A stretch of DNA of 63,904 nucleotides, filler included, from Octopus bimaculoides (GCF_001194135.2; 6 parts of 5 records of this genome joined end to end with filler, not necessarily neighbours in it); one strand, 5' to 3'. Shown: positions 23,434 through 37,357, counted from the first letter of the whole stretch. The notes: a model not told the origin generated them from the sequence alone. A program made the numbers and translations.

Positions 23434-24960
23434 CCAGTAGCAGAGAGTGAACATCTGAAACTAACATGGGATATGCCAAGTATACACAGGCACAGAGTTT
23501 CTTTATAACCTACCAGATAAAACTCTCCTATTAAAGAGTCCAAAGAATGGATCCTCTTCAACATACTGGAGACCAGAATATTTTGAAAACTGAGAAGAGG
23601 AAGTCGGGATGTAACAAGACCTATCGATCTTGATATGAGGTCGCCATGTCGCGCAAATTATAGAGAAATGCGATGTTAATGAACGGAGGAAAGGGCAAAA
23701 GGAAACAGCAGTAGAGCATGGCTTCCAGATGGTGAGTGGAGAAGAGAAATGAACGGAGAGGCTTTCAAGTATCTTGGTGTTTTACACCTACGTCAGATAT
23801 TGAACACCAGGATGAAGCAGAAAATTTCTCTGAATGTACCAGAAGAGTTAAAAAGCTATGTAGGTCTAATCTAAATGCAGGGAACCTGATTGGAGACACC
23901 AATGCATGGTTTGTAGATGTGATATGTTACAACGTAGAAGTAGTGGAATGGACAAAGGTAGAACTTATCAACATGAAGAGAAGAAATAGGAAAGTAATAG
24001 CTATGCATAGGTGCGTTCATACTGAAGACAATGCTTTACGTATCTAGGAAGAAAGTTGGAAGAGGATTGATTGGAATAGAGGACAGTGTTGTGAAGAAGA
24101 TCAAGTCTTTACATGTCTGTCTGGGGAATAGTGATGAAAGAATGTTGCAGGCTGCACTACATGCGAAAGTGATCAGTGACAATGGTGAGACCGTCCAGGA
24201 GTACAATATGAGGACTAATAGTGGAAAAGTTATGAACGGGAAAGAGAAAGACCTACACAGAGAGTTTATCCAGTAACCAGTGGATGAAGCTGATGAATCT
24301 TGTAGATAGTGAAAACATGTTTTTTTAAAGGAGCCAGAAGGACTGATTCTTGTTGCTCAAGAACAAGCTTTACGAACTAACTCAATCAAGTGTAGCATAG
24401 ATAAGACAGCAGTATCACCTTTGTGTAGACTGTGCAGAAAATCATGAGACAATATAAAATTAGTGGATGCTTAAAACTTGCCTAAAAGGAGTACAAAAAC
24501 GCCGTGACAAAGTAGCTGTGTGAATACATTGGGAGTTGTCCCAAACGTATGGGGTAGAATCGTCCAAGTGGCATGAGCACCAACATTGCCAGTAGCAGAG
24601 AGTGAACATCTAAAACTGACATGGGATATGCCAATATACACAGGCACAGAGCTTCATTATAACCTAGCAGATAAAATTCTCATATTAAAGAGTCTAAAAA
24701 ATGGATCCTCTTCTACATACTGGAGACCAGAATATTTTGAAGACTGAGAAGAGGAAGTTGGGATGTAGCAACACCTAGGATCGTCAGTGAAAAGAATCCA
24801 AAGAGCATCAAAACTGAATTTGGTATATTGTGGTCAGTGCATTTTGTACCATCTCAAAACCAGCAATATTCTAGCATCAAAACATACACAAAACTTCATT
24901 CAGTTGGCAGCAATTCTTGAATCAAGTCATAAGATGAGGAAAATGTTGCGACTCTAAGCT
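23434..24960 (+). mobile_element. Decayed RLE-type non-LTR retrotransposon (R4/Dong-like): RT thumb + endonuclease
   Basis: RRVKKLCRSNLNAGNLIGDTNAW..DVICYNVEVVEWTKVEL, then LYVSRKKVGRGLIGIED, EQALRTNSIKCSIDK..SPLCRLC, RDKVAV.IHWEL and LKLTWDMPI; many stops and frameshifts. Confidence 0.88.
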
Positions 24961-25229
24961 GTGAGTTGGAACTGAGATGTGATATAAATCAGTAGTTAAG
25001 TCATTTAATTTGACTTAACATTGCGGAGTCCATAAAAAGACGAAATAAAACAAAAAAATGTTTGGTTTACATCGATCAAAAAAGAAACATCAGCAATAAA
25101 GGTATTAAAAAATAGAATTCAGAAAAATATGCAAATGAATAGAACCTCTCAAAAGCGGAGCAGTCCATCGAGGCTAATGTAGGGAAAATTGCTCAGAAAT
25201 ATTAGATATCCTCTCTCAGATAAACACAC

Positions 25230-26540
25230 TAGGAGCCAGCATTCCCTCTGTACCCTAGCCTTCTTCAAAATGATACTTAGATGAAAGCTTGACCACATAG
25301 GTCACTAAAACATCCCCCGCCCCATAAGAATCCAATTTGGTCAGTTTTCCTGAAACATGGTAGATACGACAGTCAGGCATTCATACAACACCGGGGTGAT
25401 GAATGCAGTTGCTACATCCTCCCAGCCCTTCAGAGACAGCTTCCGCTCAGCCAATTTCTACATGAGATTAACCACCCTACGTTTGACCCTTCGCAGTTCC
25501 TATCTACCAAGAGACCTGATGCAAGCTAGATTCCGAGCACTGTCACTGGACCCTCAGTTCAGCGATAGGTATCTCAAGTGTTCAGCATGGACTTGTCACT
25601 CAAGAGCTTAATTGCAAATCTACCAATTTGTTCTGGTTTATATGTGCTCCAGTACATACCTGGTATTCTTTCAGTATAGCGTCGATCGCTATATCCGAGT
25701 GTCCGACTATATGTCAGTCAAGCCGTACTCGTATGCAGATAAACTGCAACACTTTAATCCAACTCCAATGGAATACCTTCACATATACGAATGGGCAGAG
25801 GTGGGGGGGCATGCTCATGGCACTGAGATGACTGTTTAATTTTACCATGGAGCAGATGCTACCATACACTGTGGTGATCCAGCGTCTGAAGATGGGACTG
25901 AAACAGATAGCTCTTAAGACAGACACCAGGTATCAATAGTCTACTCCGTCAAATACCTTGGACTGATCCAAATTGACCATTGTCTCGCCGAACGCAGATC
26001 CATTCCCGACCCATTTTATAATGTATCACTGGAGGTGGAGGTTGCCTGCAACAAGCACCACACTGTTGGCTAACACCATTACCAAAGTCTTTTACTTTTG
26101 TGTTGAGCAGAGTTCCGGGTCTGAACTTTTTAATCACATCCCCGTTGTTCGGATCCTTCCTACACTGTATCACTAGTCCCTTGTTGAATCGATTGAGAAT
26201 GCTTCAAGTCTGTTAGCACCTGTTTAGACGGTTATGAAGAGAGGGGCAAACAAGTCTGGCATGTGGAAATGTAGCTCATATGATAGGCCATCAATTCTGA
26301 TGATAATCGCTCAACCCAGCGACTCATCACATCTGCCATTTCCTTCAGTGAAATCGGCTTCTCGTAACGCTCAGTCTTCCTGTCCCAGCAATGCGGCGAA
26401 CCATCGATGTAGGTCTCAAAAAGTGCTGTCTCAAGTGCAACATCGAAAACAGTTTGGTTTAGTGCTGCTGAAAACTGAGCTCATCTACTTGGGACTGGAG
26501 TGCACACGGTCGATGCTGACATTCGATCTTGTTTCCGTGC
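25230..26540 (-). mobile_element. Decayed L1/Tx1-clade LINE reverse transcriptase region
   Basis: Minus strand: DGLSYELHFHMPDLF, FRPGTLLNTKVK, DQSKVFDGVDY.YLVSVLRAICFSPIFRRWITTVY, CPLCPFVY-like, ILKEYQVCTGAHINQNK, RKLSLKG; numerous disablements. Confidence 0.85.
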
Positions 26541-27409
26541 AGAGGTATATATTTTACATTTTCATGGTGCAATCAAATTAAATCTTTATCCAGTCATTTC
26601 GCTAAGTTAACAAATTGACAGATACTTGGAGTTCTAATCGAATAGTCTAAATTTTGTTTCAAAACACCTTGATCAGTTTCTGCCAATCCGTTTGATCTAC
26701 CCATACAATTATCATTTTATTTTTTTGTCAATTCCCTCTATTGTAAGTAGTTAAAATAAGTATAATTTACTGTAATGGAAAATAGAATATGCGAGGTAAA
26801 GTTCAGGACACTATATTTGGCGAAAATTTTACATGAACGTCTTACTAAGAATCCGCTTTAAATTAGATGGCTTCTATCGAAGACCATGTATTTCAATAAT
26901 TGTGTTCAATTTCTTTCTATTATCATCATCTTAAAGGTAACTGAAAGTACGAGGTCTGAAACGAAAGTGGATGGAGTTGCTTCTGTAGTATCTTATACGT
27001 TACATCTTCCAAATCTCTAGTCAATATTCGAATATTAATTTCTCATTATAATAAAGTCAAATTAATGCACAAGTACACTTGAATATCTAATAAACATATT
27101 TACTCATTTCTGTGTTATTCGTTCACTAATTGCTTGATATGTTTGCGAAAGCGAATACTTGTGAGCGTACGCCTGTGTTCCTGTATCTGGGTGTTTGCGT
27201 ACGTAAACAGTTTAATGTTCTATTAGTTACCGATTCTATAAAACAAAAATCTCACACTTCACATAAATGTCATAGAATACCTGCAAAATATATCCCCATC
27301 ATTCAATTCAGAATTTTCCCTCCAAATATTTTCAAGAACATATAATATTATAATTATAAATTACAATTTCATATTTTATGTGTGCACGTGTGTTTTATAT
27401 ATGTAAATA

Positions 27410-27440
<31 letters not shown>

Positions 27441-27999
27441 CTGTGTGTCTGTGTTTATGTGTGTGTATACTACATATATACATACATACGCCTATGTGTG
27501 TACATCTTATTTTCATAGCACTTCAGGCTATATNNNNNNNNNNNNNNNNNNNNNNNNNNNNNNNNNNNNNNNNNNNNNNNNNNNNNNNNNNNNNNNNNNN
27601 NNNNNNNNNNNNNNNNNNNNNNNNNNNNNNNNNNNNNNNNNNNNNNNNNNNNNNNNNNNNNNNNNNNNNNNNNNNNNNNNNNNNNNNNNNNNNNNNNNNN
27701 NNNNNNNNNNNNNNNNNNNNNNNNNNNNNNNNNNNNNNNNNNNNNNNNNNNNNNNNNNNNNNNNNNNNNNNNNNNNNNNNNNNNNNNNNNNNNNNNNNNN
27801 NNNNNNNNNNNNNNNNNNNNNNNNNNNNNNNNNNNNNNNNNNNNNNNNNNNNNNNNNNNNNNNNNNNNNNNNNNNNNNNNNNNNNNNNNNNNNNNNNNNN
27901 NNNNNNNNNNNNNNNNNNNNNNNNNNNNNNNNNNNNNNNNNNNNNNNNNNNNNNNNNNNNNNNNNNNNNNNNNNNNNATATGTATGTATGTATTTGTGT

Positions 28000-28192
28000 C
28001 TGTTTTTGTCCCACTTCCATCGCTTGACAACAGATGCTGGTGTGTTTATATCCCCGTAACTTAGCGGTTTGGCACGACACCGATAGGAAAGGTACCAGGC
28101 TTACAAAGAATCACTCCATGGGTTGATTTCTTCGACTAAAAGGCGGTGCTCAAGCATGGTCACAGTCAAAATGACTTAAACATGTAAAAGAG
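28000..28192 (+). mobile_element. SINE family C 3' module
   Basis: gtgtctgtttttgtcc...gctggtgtgtttatatccccgtaacttagcgg...aggcggtgctcaagcatgg. Confidence 0.88.
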
Positions 28193-29215
28193 TGTTGTAA
28201 AATGGTTTCCTCTCACTGGTGCTATGTGTGACTGCCGTTGTACTGTAGTTGCTGTTTTGCGCATGTAGCCACAATAGTTACTAGTCATTGGATACCGTTG
28301 TATCGCTTCGTACCGGAATAGTAACATACGTACTCATTCTGTCTTCATATCGCTGATAGCTCATCAAGACACCGACTAGAACTATTGGCTCTCGACCCTC
28401 CCTTGACGACCGAATACTGGTCTATTTATAATGGGTGCCTCTTACCAATTTTTACCGGGATGGGTATACAGTTTCACTATACAAAAACTCCCCTTTTTAT
28501 AATTTTATTTAACAATCAGTTTCTTTTATTCAACCCACCTACTTCATTTTCTTTTCTTATATACTCAATATGTTTTCTTCTTAGAGTCTACTTTTAGGAA
28601 TTCAGTTTTCTTCCTTTTCCTTGTACTTGTGTTTTCGACTTCTTGTAATGGTGTTGGAACCTGAAAAGTGTCATATAGGCAATGCATCGATATTTCTACT
28701 TCCGTTGGTTCCTTTTCTATGACTCTTTCCTTAAGCTGATTTCTATGTCTCCTTTCTATTCCATTTCTGATTCTTGCACCATACATCATTCTTCTTATAT
28801 ATGTTACAATTTCTCCTTCTTCCCAATATTGCATGTCATTTATGTACCTTCTTACATATGCTTTATCACCGATTCTAAAGAATTTTGGCAGTCTTTACTA
28901 GTACGTGTTTTTTTCTTCACTGAATTCACCTTTCTGGCAAACATTAATTCTGCTGGTGAACTTCCTGCTGGCGCATTTGTGTTCGAAGTTACCCTGTATA
29001 CCCTTAAGAATTGTTGGATCGTGACCTCGTCCGTGGCTTCTTTATTAGCTTTCTTTAAAGCTCTCTTAAAAGCGTCCTCGAACAGTTCGATCTTCGGTGA
29101 TATGGTTCTATAAATTTATGTTCTAACGTGAACATTCTCAAATGTCTGTGGTATGACCATCCTCTGAGCGTACATTAGTACACCATCACATATAGAGTAC
29201 ACTCTCACATCTTAG
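28193..29215 (-). mobile_element. Internally deleted Ty3/Gypsy LTR retrotransposon: pol remnants, PPT and 3' LTR
   Basis: Minus strand VYSICDGVLMYAQRMVIP joined to FEDAFKRALKK..IQQFLRVYRVT..GSSPAELMFARK..FRIGDKAYVR..WEEGEI..RHRNQLKER (integrase C-terminus). Purine tract ataaaaaggggag (28488-28500) precedes a ~295-bp LTR-like segment (28193-28487) ending TACAACA with a tataaata box. Confidence 0.82.
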
Positions 29216-29787
29216 CGGTTCTTTGTTTAAATAAATCCTTTGTTAGATCGACTCTTCATTTCACTCACTGTATGAATGCGTACCGAAAGTAATGCGTCAT
29301 TTTCAGCAGTTTACAGACCAAACTGAACCCATGGATACAGTGACAGACAGAATACAAATACAATCGAAATACAAAATACATGAATAAACGGAGAGGGAAA
29401 GAAAAGGGCTGGGTCAACTATGAATTACCATTCTACATTAATGGTCAGATTAAACGGAAAAGGTGCTGAACCGACTCAGCAATAGACTGAAGAATAAAAT
29501 TAAGTATTTAGTGATAATAAAGTAATAAAGTGGTGAAGATTGACCATTTCAATACTTTTCTGTTTGTTTGCACTATTATTTCTTTGAAAGAACTAAGGTA
29601 TCCCTTGTACCTTGCGACAAAACAACTGGTCCATTCTACACAGGAATAAGTTTCTATTTAATGTTAATTTATTACATGTCTAGTGTGATTTCTTGAAAAT
29701 AAATTAGAGCAAAACAAGTTAGTAGATATCGTCGCTCACCCTGTATTCATATTAATACACATACAGTCATATATGGTCATAAATTGA

Positions 29788-29829
<42 letters not shown>

Positions 29830-32224
29830 CATATATATATATATATATATACACGCTAAATTGTTCGTGGTTATATGGCAACAATGCTTGAAGTAGAAAC
29901 CCTTTATTTACTTATCACTATGAGTTAGTATTTCATGAATTAGTGATATGCATTGTCAAACATGAAGCAAATAGCGAGTATGCAGGTGATGCGCTTGACA
30001 GTGTTATTATAAAACAGATTGAAATGGATTTTCTCGAAACCGAAACCCTGTCGTAGATCGGGTTCACTTGAAACCCATCTACTTTGGTATAGAAGGAGCC
30101 TAAAATGCAATCATCATTTCAAAACGTTTTATACTTTTCACAGGTTTACAATCTCGTAAAGTATACATATATATGATAGGCCACTGGCACGGTTTCGGCT
30201 TTACGCTTTTCCTTTCGCAGTATTTGTTAAACGGAGGTTATGGTAGAAGACAAGCGCATGCGGTTCTGCATACTGATATCGAACCTCAAGCTACACCGAT
30301 TTGACAAATGAATTAATATGAAGTAAAACAAAAATACACTTGTAATGTTTCAGGGGTGAGTGTTTATTTTATCGACTGCAACATTTCGATAGTACGTACT
30401 TTATTTATCACCGAAGGACGAAAGGTTACTTCTTTTCCAACCGAATCTGAAGATATGAAATATAAGGCTTCTTGCACGGTGCGATTTCATCAAATTCAAC
30501 GCATATACTTACGTGGTGCATTTCTAATCAATGAAAATCAGAAGTATAATATAAAAGACATGGTAGATTAACTTGCTGTATCTTGCCATGAACCATTACA
30601 CTTAGTGTTTAAATATGTTGGTTCAATGCCTTTCATTGCACCAATGTTGATATATAATTATCATTAATGTTCACATGTCGATTCAATCAAATACATCTCC
30701 ATTGTTTAAAATGTGACCAATAATTGCAGATATTTCACAACCACTTTTCTGTATGCAGGTTTACATTCCCAGCTGCAATCAGATTATTTCGCTGGAAATA
30801 ACCTTGGTAGAAACACAAATTTCATCCAATGTTATAAATATATAACTCCACTATACTTTTGTTGATTTCGACTACGACTGAAATATGACAGAGTACATTT
30901 CAAGTATATTTCATAGATCATTAAATTAATTACGACTGTTATTTGAGTACAGTTTCTAAATGAAAAATACCGTACCAACGACAGAGAATAAACACAGGCA
31001 CCTTTCACGAATTCTAATGCATTACGCAACATGTGAAGAATTAAACATACATACACTGTAAATGATATATTTGTGTCTTAGAACTCCGCCATTTTGCCGT
31101 AATTACAGGCTAGCAGAAGTGAATGCGGATAATGATTAATTTTACTACCTAAAACCAAATATATTTTACACGTTTTTACTCACAGCCCACAAACTTAATC
31201 AGGTAATTCACTAATTTAAATTTTATGTACGACGAATAAAATTTCTGTGATTGCTAATTTCAAACATATTTTATGTGATATTAGTTAGTATGTAATCTCA
31301 TCTGTCTGTGAGACGCATTTCTGTTATTGCTTACTTTAAACAACGCTTATAAAGAGCCTTGTGAGGCATAGTTTAGTGAAGAAACAAATGTAAGGAGAAG
31401 GGAAAGAAGTATATTAAAAACAATATGAAAGAAAAGGTTTGAAATTTACTTAGTGCTATTGTAATTATTAAGTATGTTATTATTGTCATTCTAGTCGTGA
31501 TCATTAGTATGATAAACTTTTCCTGATGAATAGCTTCATCGTCATCACCGCCATCAATTATATGGTAACATGTACATGCAAAAATCTGCTCAGAAATATA
31601 ATCTGCTTTTAATGCCTTTATCAACGTAAAAGATAATCAAATAAAAGCAGCTAAAAAATAGCAAATTTTAATGTTAAACTTCGTATTACTTCCAGCTACA
31701 TTCTTATTTTATTGAATCTAATTTCTATTAGCTAATTGAATTTCCATCTAAGCATAATTATATAAATAACCATGCCTATCGAAAAAGAAAGTGTTACGTT
31801 AAAACTCCTAATTGTTCATATTTGGTGTATAATATGCATACAACGTCGGTTTTCCCGTGAAATATATTCTGTGAAATATGTAAAAACATTGTCATGCTTC
31901 AATCTTAACTCCATATGAATTCAATGAGTAATTAATCAAAACGTCTTAGCATACTATTTTATGCAGATTAAATATGAATGGTTGGCCGCTCCTTGCCCCA
32001 AAATTTGCTTAAGATTTACCTGAATATGTTTTTCAACAGTGATTCAGAGATGGCTTACAAAATTTCAATGCTAACAAAATGTCAGTAATGCACATGGGAA
32101 TAGATAACACGTAAAGAATTGCATATATCCATGGAAAAAACTAGGAATAACGTAACAAACACTTGGCCAACGGCCTGATGGCGAGAGTCGAACTGATCAT
32201 ATATATATATATATATATATGGGA

Positions 32225-32410
32225 GAATATACAAATAATAACAACAGACGAGGACAGGTGGTGTAAATAACAAAAGTATATATTAGTATGACGCTCGGGA
32301 ATACGGAAAGTCTTTGACGTTTCGAGCTACGCTCTTCAACAGAAAGAATACGGAGACAAGGAGAAAAACACGGAGAAAAAAAATTGAATAGTGTTCAGTC
32401 AACGGTCAAT
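32225..32410 (-). mobile_element. Penelope-like element terminal (pLTR) fragment
   Basis: Carries gaagagcgtagctcgaaacgtcaaagac, a PLE-type hammerhead-like motif; homologous copy in opposite orientation at 58500-58720. Confidence 0.6.
32311..32347 (-). ncRNA. Minimal type-I hammerhead ribozyme-like motif (variant core)
   Basis: TCTTT-CTGTTGA-A-GAGC-GTA-GCTC-GAA-ACGT-C-AAAGA: 5-bp helix I, 4-bp helix II, palindromic helix III, GUC site; A6 replaced by U. Confidence 0.55.
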
Positions 32411-32950
32411 ATATATATATGTATGTATATATANNNNNNNNNNNNNNNNNNNNNNNNNNNNNNNNNNNNNNNNNNNNTTAATTAATTAANNNNNNNNNNN
32501 NNNNNNNNNNNNNNNNNNNNNNNNNNNNNNNNNATATATATGAATATATGTGTGTATACACACACATACTAATGTGTTATCTACTACTCTGTAGAATATC
32601 TTCAAAGTCAATATTTTTGTGTGATTTAATTGTATTTTAATGACAAATTTTATAATTATCGTAATCGTTAGCAGAATATTTTTATCAGTGAGTGTTTTAT
32701 TGGCTTCTTTTGATAAATGTTATCTCGTACTTCTTTTGCATTGGGACTTCTTTTATTATGAGTACGGCTGCAGAAAGGATATTATAGTTTGAGAGGATTT
32801 GAACTTGAGATACGAACTAAAACAGTCGATAACCTAACACCGAGCAACATGGGTTATCTGCAGATTACACGCCACATGTATGTTCTAACTTTCTATCATT
32901 CTATCTACATAGGTTCTATCTTTCTATCTACCTATTTACATTTCTTTGTG

Positions 32951-33001
<51 letters not shown>

Positions 33002-33563
33002 ATCTATCTATTTATCTATCTATCTACTCACCTGTCACCCCCTTTTTTTTTTGCCCCTACCGATCCCTTTTGATCGGATTTTTTAAAAATTTTATTTATT
33101 TATTTTAATTTTTTTTTAAAGAAAAGCTCTACAGTTGTATTTGTCCCCTCTGTGTGCAGCCCTGTGTGGCTAATAAAAGAAAGTGATCTACTCACCAAAA
33201 CTACCCCTATGTGGTCATTCAACCTGGTAACACCGTTCAGAAAGCAATTGGAATATTCACAGTGACAACATGAACAAAACCGGTAACAAATAACCAAGAG
33301 AACTAAAGTTGTACATAAAGCGACAAAAATATTTTTTAGGAGTATGTGTTGTTTGTCTGGAGCTCGTGCAGAAGGGTCAAAGAACGGATGGAATGACTTT
33401 TCCTATTTTGTTAGGTCTTTCAATGTCCTGAATATTTGGAAATACTCCCAAGACTGAATCTGCTTTCTGGTCCTTCCGTACCCTACAACATAAAGTAGTG
33501 GTCAAGGACTTGTTTTGATTCAATCGATGACTAATGCCCTACAACTACTATTCTTGTGTTTGA

Positions 33564-33634
33564 CAGAATTGGTAGTGACCGTTAAAATAGCAGAATTGGC
33601 AGTGACTGTTAAAATAGCAGAAATGGCAGTGACT
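33564..33634. repeat. 27-bp tandem repeat, ~2.6 copies
   Basis: cagaattgg(t/c)agtgac(c/t)gttaaaatag x2 plus cagaaatggcagtgact. Confidence 0.88.
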
Positions 33635-33824
33635 GACAGAATGCTGGAAGTGCAGTGTTTAGTTATAATAAAGCAGAATAGGGAGAGTTTGCATTTCATC
33701 GTTTCAAAGTCATTAAAATAAATACCAGTTAACTGTTTGGGTTCATCAAATCAATGATTCTCCTCCCCAAATAGAAGGCCTTGTATTTAGTGAGTGGGGG
33801 GAAGTTGTACATACACACATACAC

Positions 33825-33855
<31 letters not shown>

Positions 33856-34044
33856 CATGTATACACACACACACACACACATATGTATGCACATACATGT
33901 ATGTAAGTATGTATATATATGTATATGTGTTATGGGGCGTGGGTGAGGTGTGTACGTACAATGAAAATCACTTCTTACAATCACGCATAGTGTTATCAAC
34001 TAGTTGTTATCAACATTAGGTCACGTTTATATTTACGTGATGTT

Positions 34045-34116
34045 ATCAGAAATGGTTTGTCCTAACGTAAATAATAATAATAATGATATCAGAAATGGTT
34101 TGTCCTAACGTAAATA
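34045..34116. repeat. 29-bp direct duplication separated by (AAT)n
   Basis: atcagaaatggtttgtcctaacgtaaata at 34045-34073 and 34088-34116. Confidence 0.9.
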
Positions 34117-34623
34117 CACTTAGCGGTTTCTATTGCATGTATATGATTCTGTGGGTGATACAATAACCCTAGTATCTAATGGAGGTCCCTTTCCAGTTCA
34201 CAGCTTCTATTGCCCTGCACTGACCAACAGAACTAGTCCTTCCTTCAAAGGCGTCACTCACTGGATGTTTTTCTTGTTTTTGCAATCCATAAGCAACAGG
34301 TGAACTTCGTGAATCTCACCGGTGGGATTGCTAGAAATATGGTCATTGCCCTTTCTTCCAAATCGAGCAAGTATTGTATATATATTATACATATACATCT
34401 ATGTATATATGTCTGTATGCATGTTATACATGTGTGTGTGTGCGTGTGTGTGTGCACATACACAATACAAACTCACGCACTCACTATGAATACATTCATG
34501 CATTACATCAACTGGGTAGTTATGAGAATGGTAATGCAAGCTAGCAAGTGTTTGTCTGTGAGAATGGTGAGTGTGTGAGAATGGTGAGTGTGTGAGAATG
34601 GAAGCAACACAAAGCTAGCAAGC

Positions 34624-34676
<53 letters not shown>

Positions 34677-34683
34677 GGTCTGC

Positions 34684-34751
<68 letters not shown>

Positions 34752-35059
34752 CAAAGAAAGAAACACAGAAAGAAAGAAAGAAATAGAAGTGGCGAAACAG
34801 AAGTGGGAGAGAAGGAGTGAAAGTGACAAGTGAACGGAGTTATGTGGGGTTGTGTGAAAGTGCATTAGGGTCAGAAGACACGGAGGGGAGTAAGAATTTC
34901 AAAAGCACGAAAAGTGGAATAGGACTGTAGTTTCTGTCGCTTGTAAGCAATTGGAAGGCACCCCAGTGCCAATGTGTCTGTCTGTACGGTTAGTAGCAGT
35001 TGTATCTGGTAACTCTGCCATTACTGAAACACTCATTCACACACACACTCACATGCGCA

Positions 35060-35066
35060 CACTACT

Positions 35067-35151
<85 letters not shown>
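35060..35151. repeat. (CTA)n(CTG)n microsatellite
   Basis: Visible repeat; source of the poly-Leu ORF. Confidence 0.95.
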
Positions 35152-35889
35152 TTCCCATTACAAGGGATAATTGCCTTAAGGACGGCAGCTACTCCACGTT
35201 CTATTTAGCTTCACTCGTTTCTCACGAGAGTGCAGTGGAAACGCTACTAGCTTTACATACGCGCACACACGCAGACGACACACACGCGTACAATCACACA
35301 CACACACACACATACAGACACACAGACACACACACAGACACACACAAACACATACTCACACACACATACAAACAAGCACGCACGAGTACACAGAAGCACA
35401 TATACTTGTGCAGTCATACATACTTGTATGAATTGATTCCGATGACTATTCTATCGAACACCGGAGCAACGTCCATATTGTAAATGGCTGGCCATTCTAC
35501 AGGCTGTTCTACCCTAAAATTATATTCCTAGGTACAACTTGTGTGAAAATACTGGGGTTTTTTTTTTCATTTAAAGGGTCAGTTCATCTAAATGGGATTC
35601 TACATAATTTCCCGTCTACCCAATCAATGTCGCTAACGAAGCTATGATAGAAGCGATTTGGCACTCAAATTTGGAGAGTGTGAGAGAGTGAGTGTGTGTG
35701 AGAGAGTGTGTGTAAGGAAGAGAGAGGGAGAGAGAGACTCCTACAATCAGCTAAATATTGCTAAAAATATCATTTTTTCTCTCTCACTCTCATTCTCTTC
35801 CCCTGGCTCCTTACATAGGTATGTGTGTGTATAAACAAACACACGCACACACATACTTATGCATACACACACACACACATACACATTTG

Positions 35890-35938
<49 letters not shown>

Positions 35939-35972
35939 GCAAACTGACAGTCAGACAAATAGATAAGTAGAT

Positions 35973-36044
<72 letters not shown>

Positions 36045-36242
36045 ACCTACACATAATGAGATAGATAGATGGAGAAAGACAGATCACCTACCACTCATCT
36101 TCCCCCCCCCCCTAACAATCGCCACCGCCACCACTACCAACTACAACAACATCATCTCTAGTACAACTTATACTATAACTACTGCTGCTGCCATTAGCTA
36201 TAGAGCAGCTGCTGCTATAATACTACTACTACAGCTGATGCG

Positions 36243-36292
<50 letters not shown>

Positions 36293-36440
36293 TTGTTGTT
36301 GCTGTTGTTGTTGCTGCTGCTGGTGCAGCGAGAGTTGGTAGTTTTAAGTAGCAGTAGTAATAGATTTTGTTGTGGTGAGGGCGGAGGAGGTTTCGTTAAT
36401 AAATACGGGTTCATTACCAACTGTATTTTCCCAACAACCT

Positions 36441-36474
<34 letters not shown>

Positions 36475-36496
36475 AACAATAATAATTCTGTCTAAT

Positions 36497-36660
36497 TTAA
36501 GCACAAGGTCAGTAGTTTTGGAAGGAGATGGTTAGTCGCAACATCGACCTCAGAACAGCATTGTATTAACGTCCCTGGAGAGATCAAAAACAAAATTGAC
36601 CGTAAAGAGCCATAAAGAAATATCGCTAAACATTTTCCCGTCCCTCTAACCGTTCTGCGC
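36497..36660 (-). mobile_element. SINE family B, decayed
   Basis: gcacaaggtcagtagttttggaaggagatggttagtcg...aaatatcgctaaacatttt. Confidence 0.6.
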
Positions 36661-37020
36661 AAGTATGTTTTCCATTGCCACAAGAGTGATAGATGTCCCT
36701 CCTTTTCCCTTCTCTCTTCTCTTTTCTCTCTCTCTCTCTCTCACTTTTCTCTCTCTCTCACACCCACTTCTATCTCTCTCTCTATATATATGTATGTATG
36801 TGTGATGCGTGTGTGTGTGTGTGTGTATGTGTGTGTGTGTGTGTGTGTGCATGCGTGCACGCGTGCTGTTTGTATGTATGTGGAAAGGATGGACAGAGAA
36901 TATCTAAGTGCGTATGCGTGTGAGCTTATTAACCCAAACGTATACACTGATATACGTATCTATATGCGGTTAACACTCCGTAATAATGTGTAAGTACAGA
37001 CACACACACAGACACACACA

Positions 37021-37052
<32 letters not shown>

Positions 37053-37147
37053 TACACACACGTGCTTTGAACGCGAGTGACAGAAACTGAAAGAAGCCCG
37101 CCGTATATNNNNNNNNNNNNNNNNNNNNNNNNNNNNNNNNNNNATAC

Positions 37148-37183
<36 letters not shown>

Positions 37184-37189
37184 TTGTGT

Positions 37190-37322
37190 GTCTGTGTTTG
37201 GGTCCCTGTAACAAAAGTGACCGATAGAATAAGTACTAGGCTTACAAAGAATAAATCCTGGGGTCGATGTGTTCGACTAAAGGCGGTGATAAGAATGACT
37301 GAAACAAGTAAAAGAGTAAAAG
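37190..37322 (+). mobile_element. SINE family C 3' module, internally deleted
   Basis: ccgatagaataagtactaggcttacaaagaataaatcctggggtcgat...gactgaaacaagtaaaagagtaaa. Confidence 0.85.

Positions 37323-37357
<35 letters not shown>

Noticed and set aside
33415-33500. Possible LAP N-terminal exon (..LNLLSGPS..)
   Set aside because: Similarity to LNISGPP is weak and an in-frame stop occurs before any donor.
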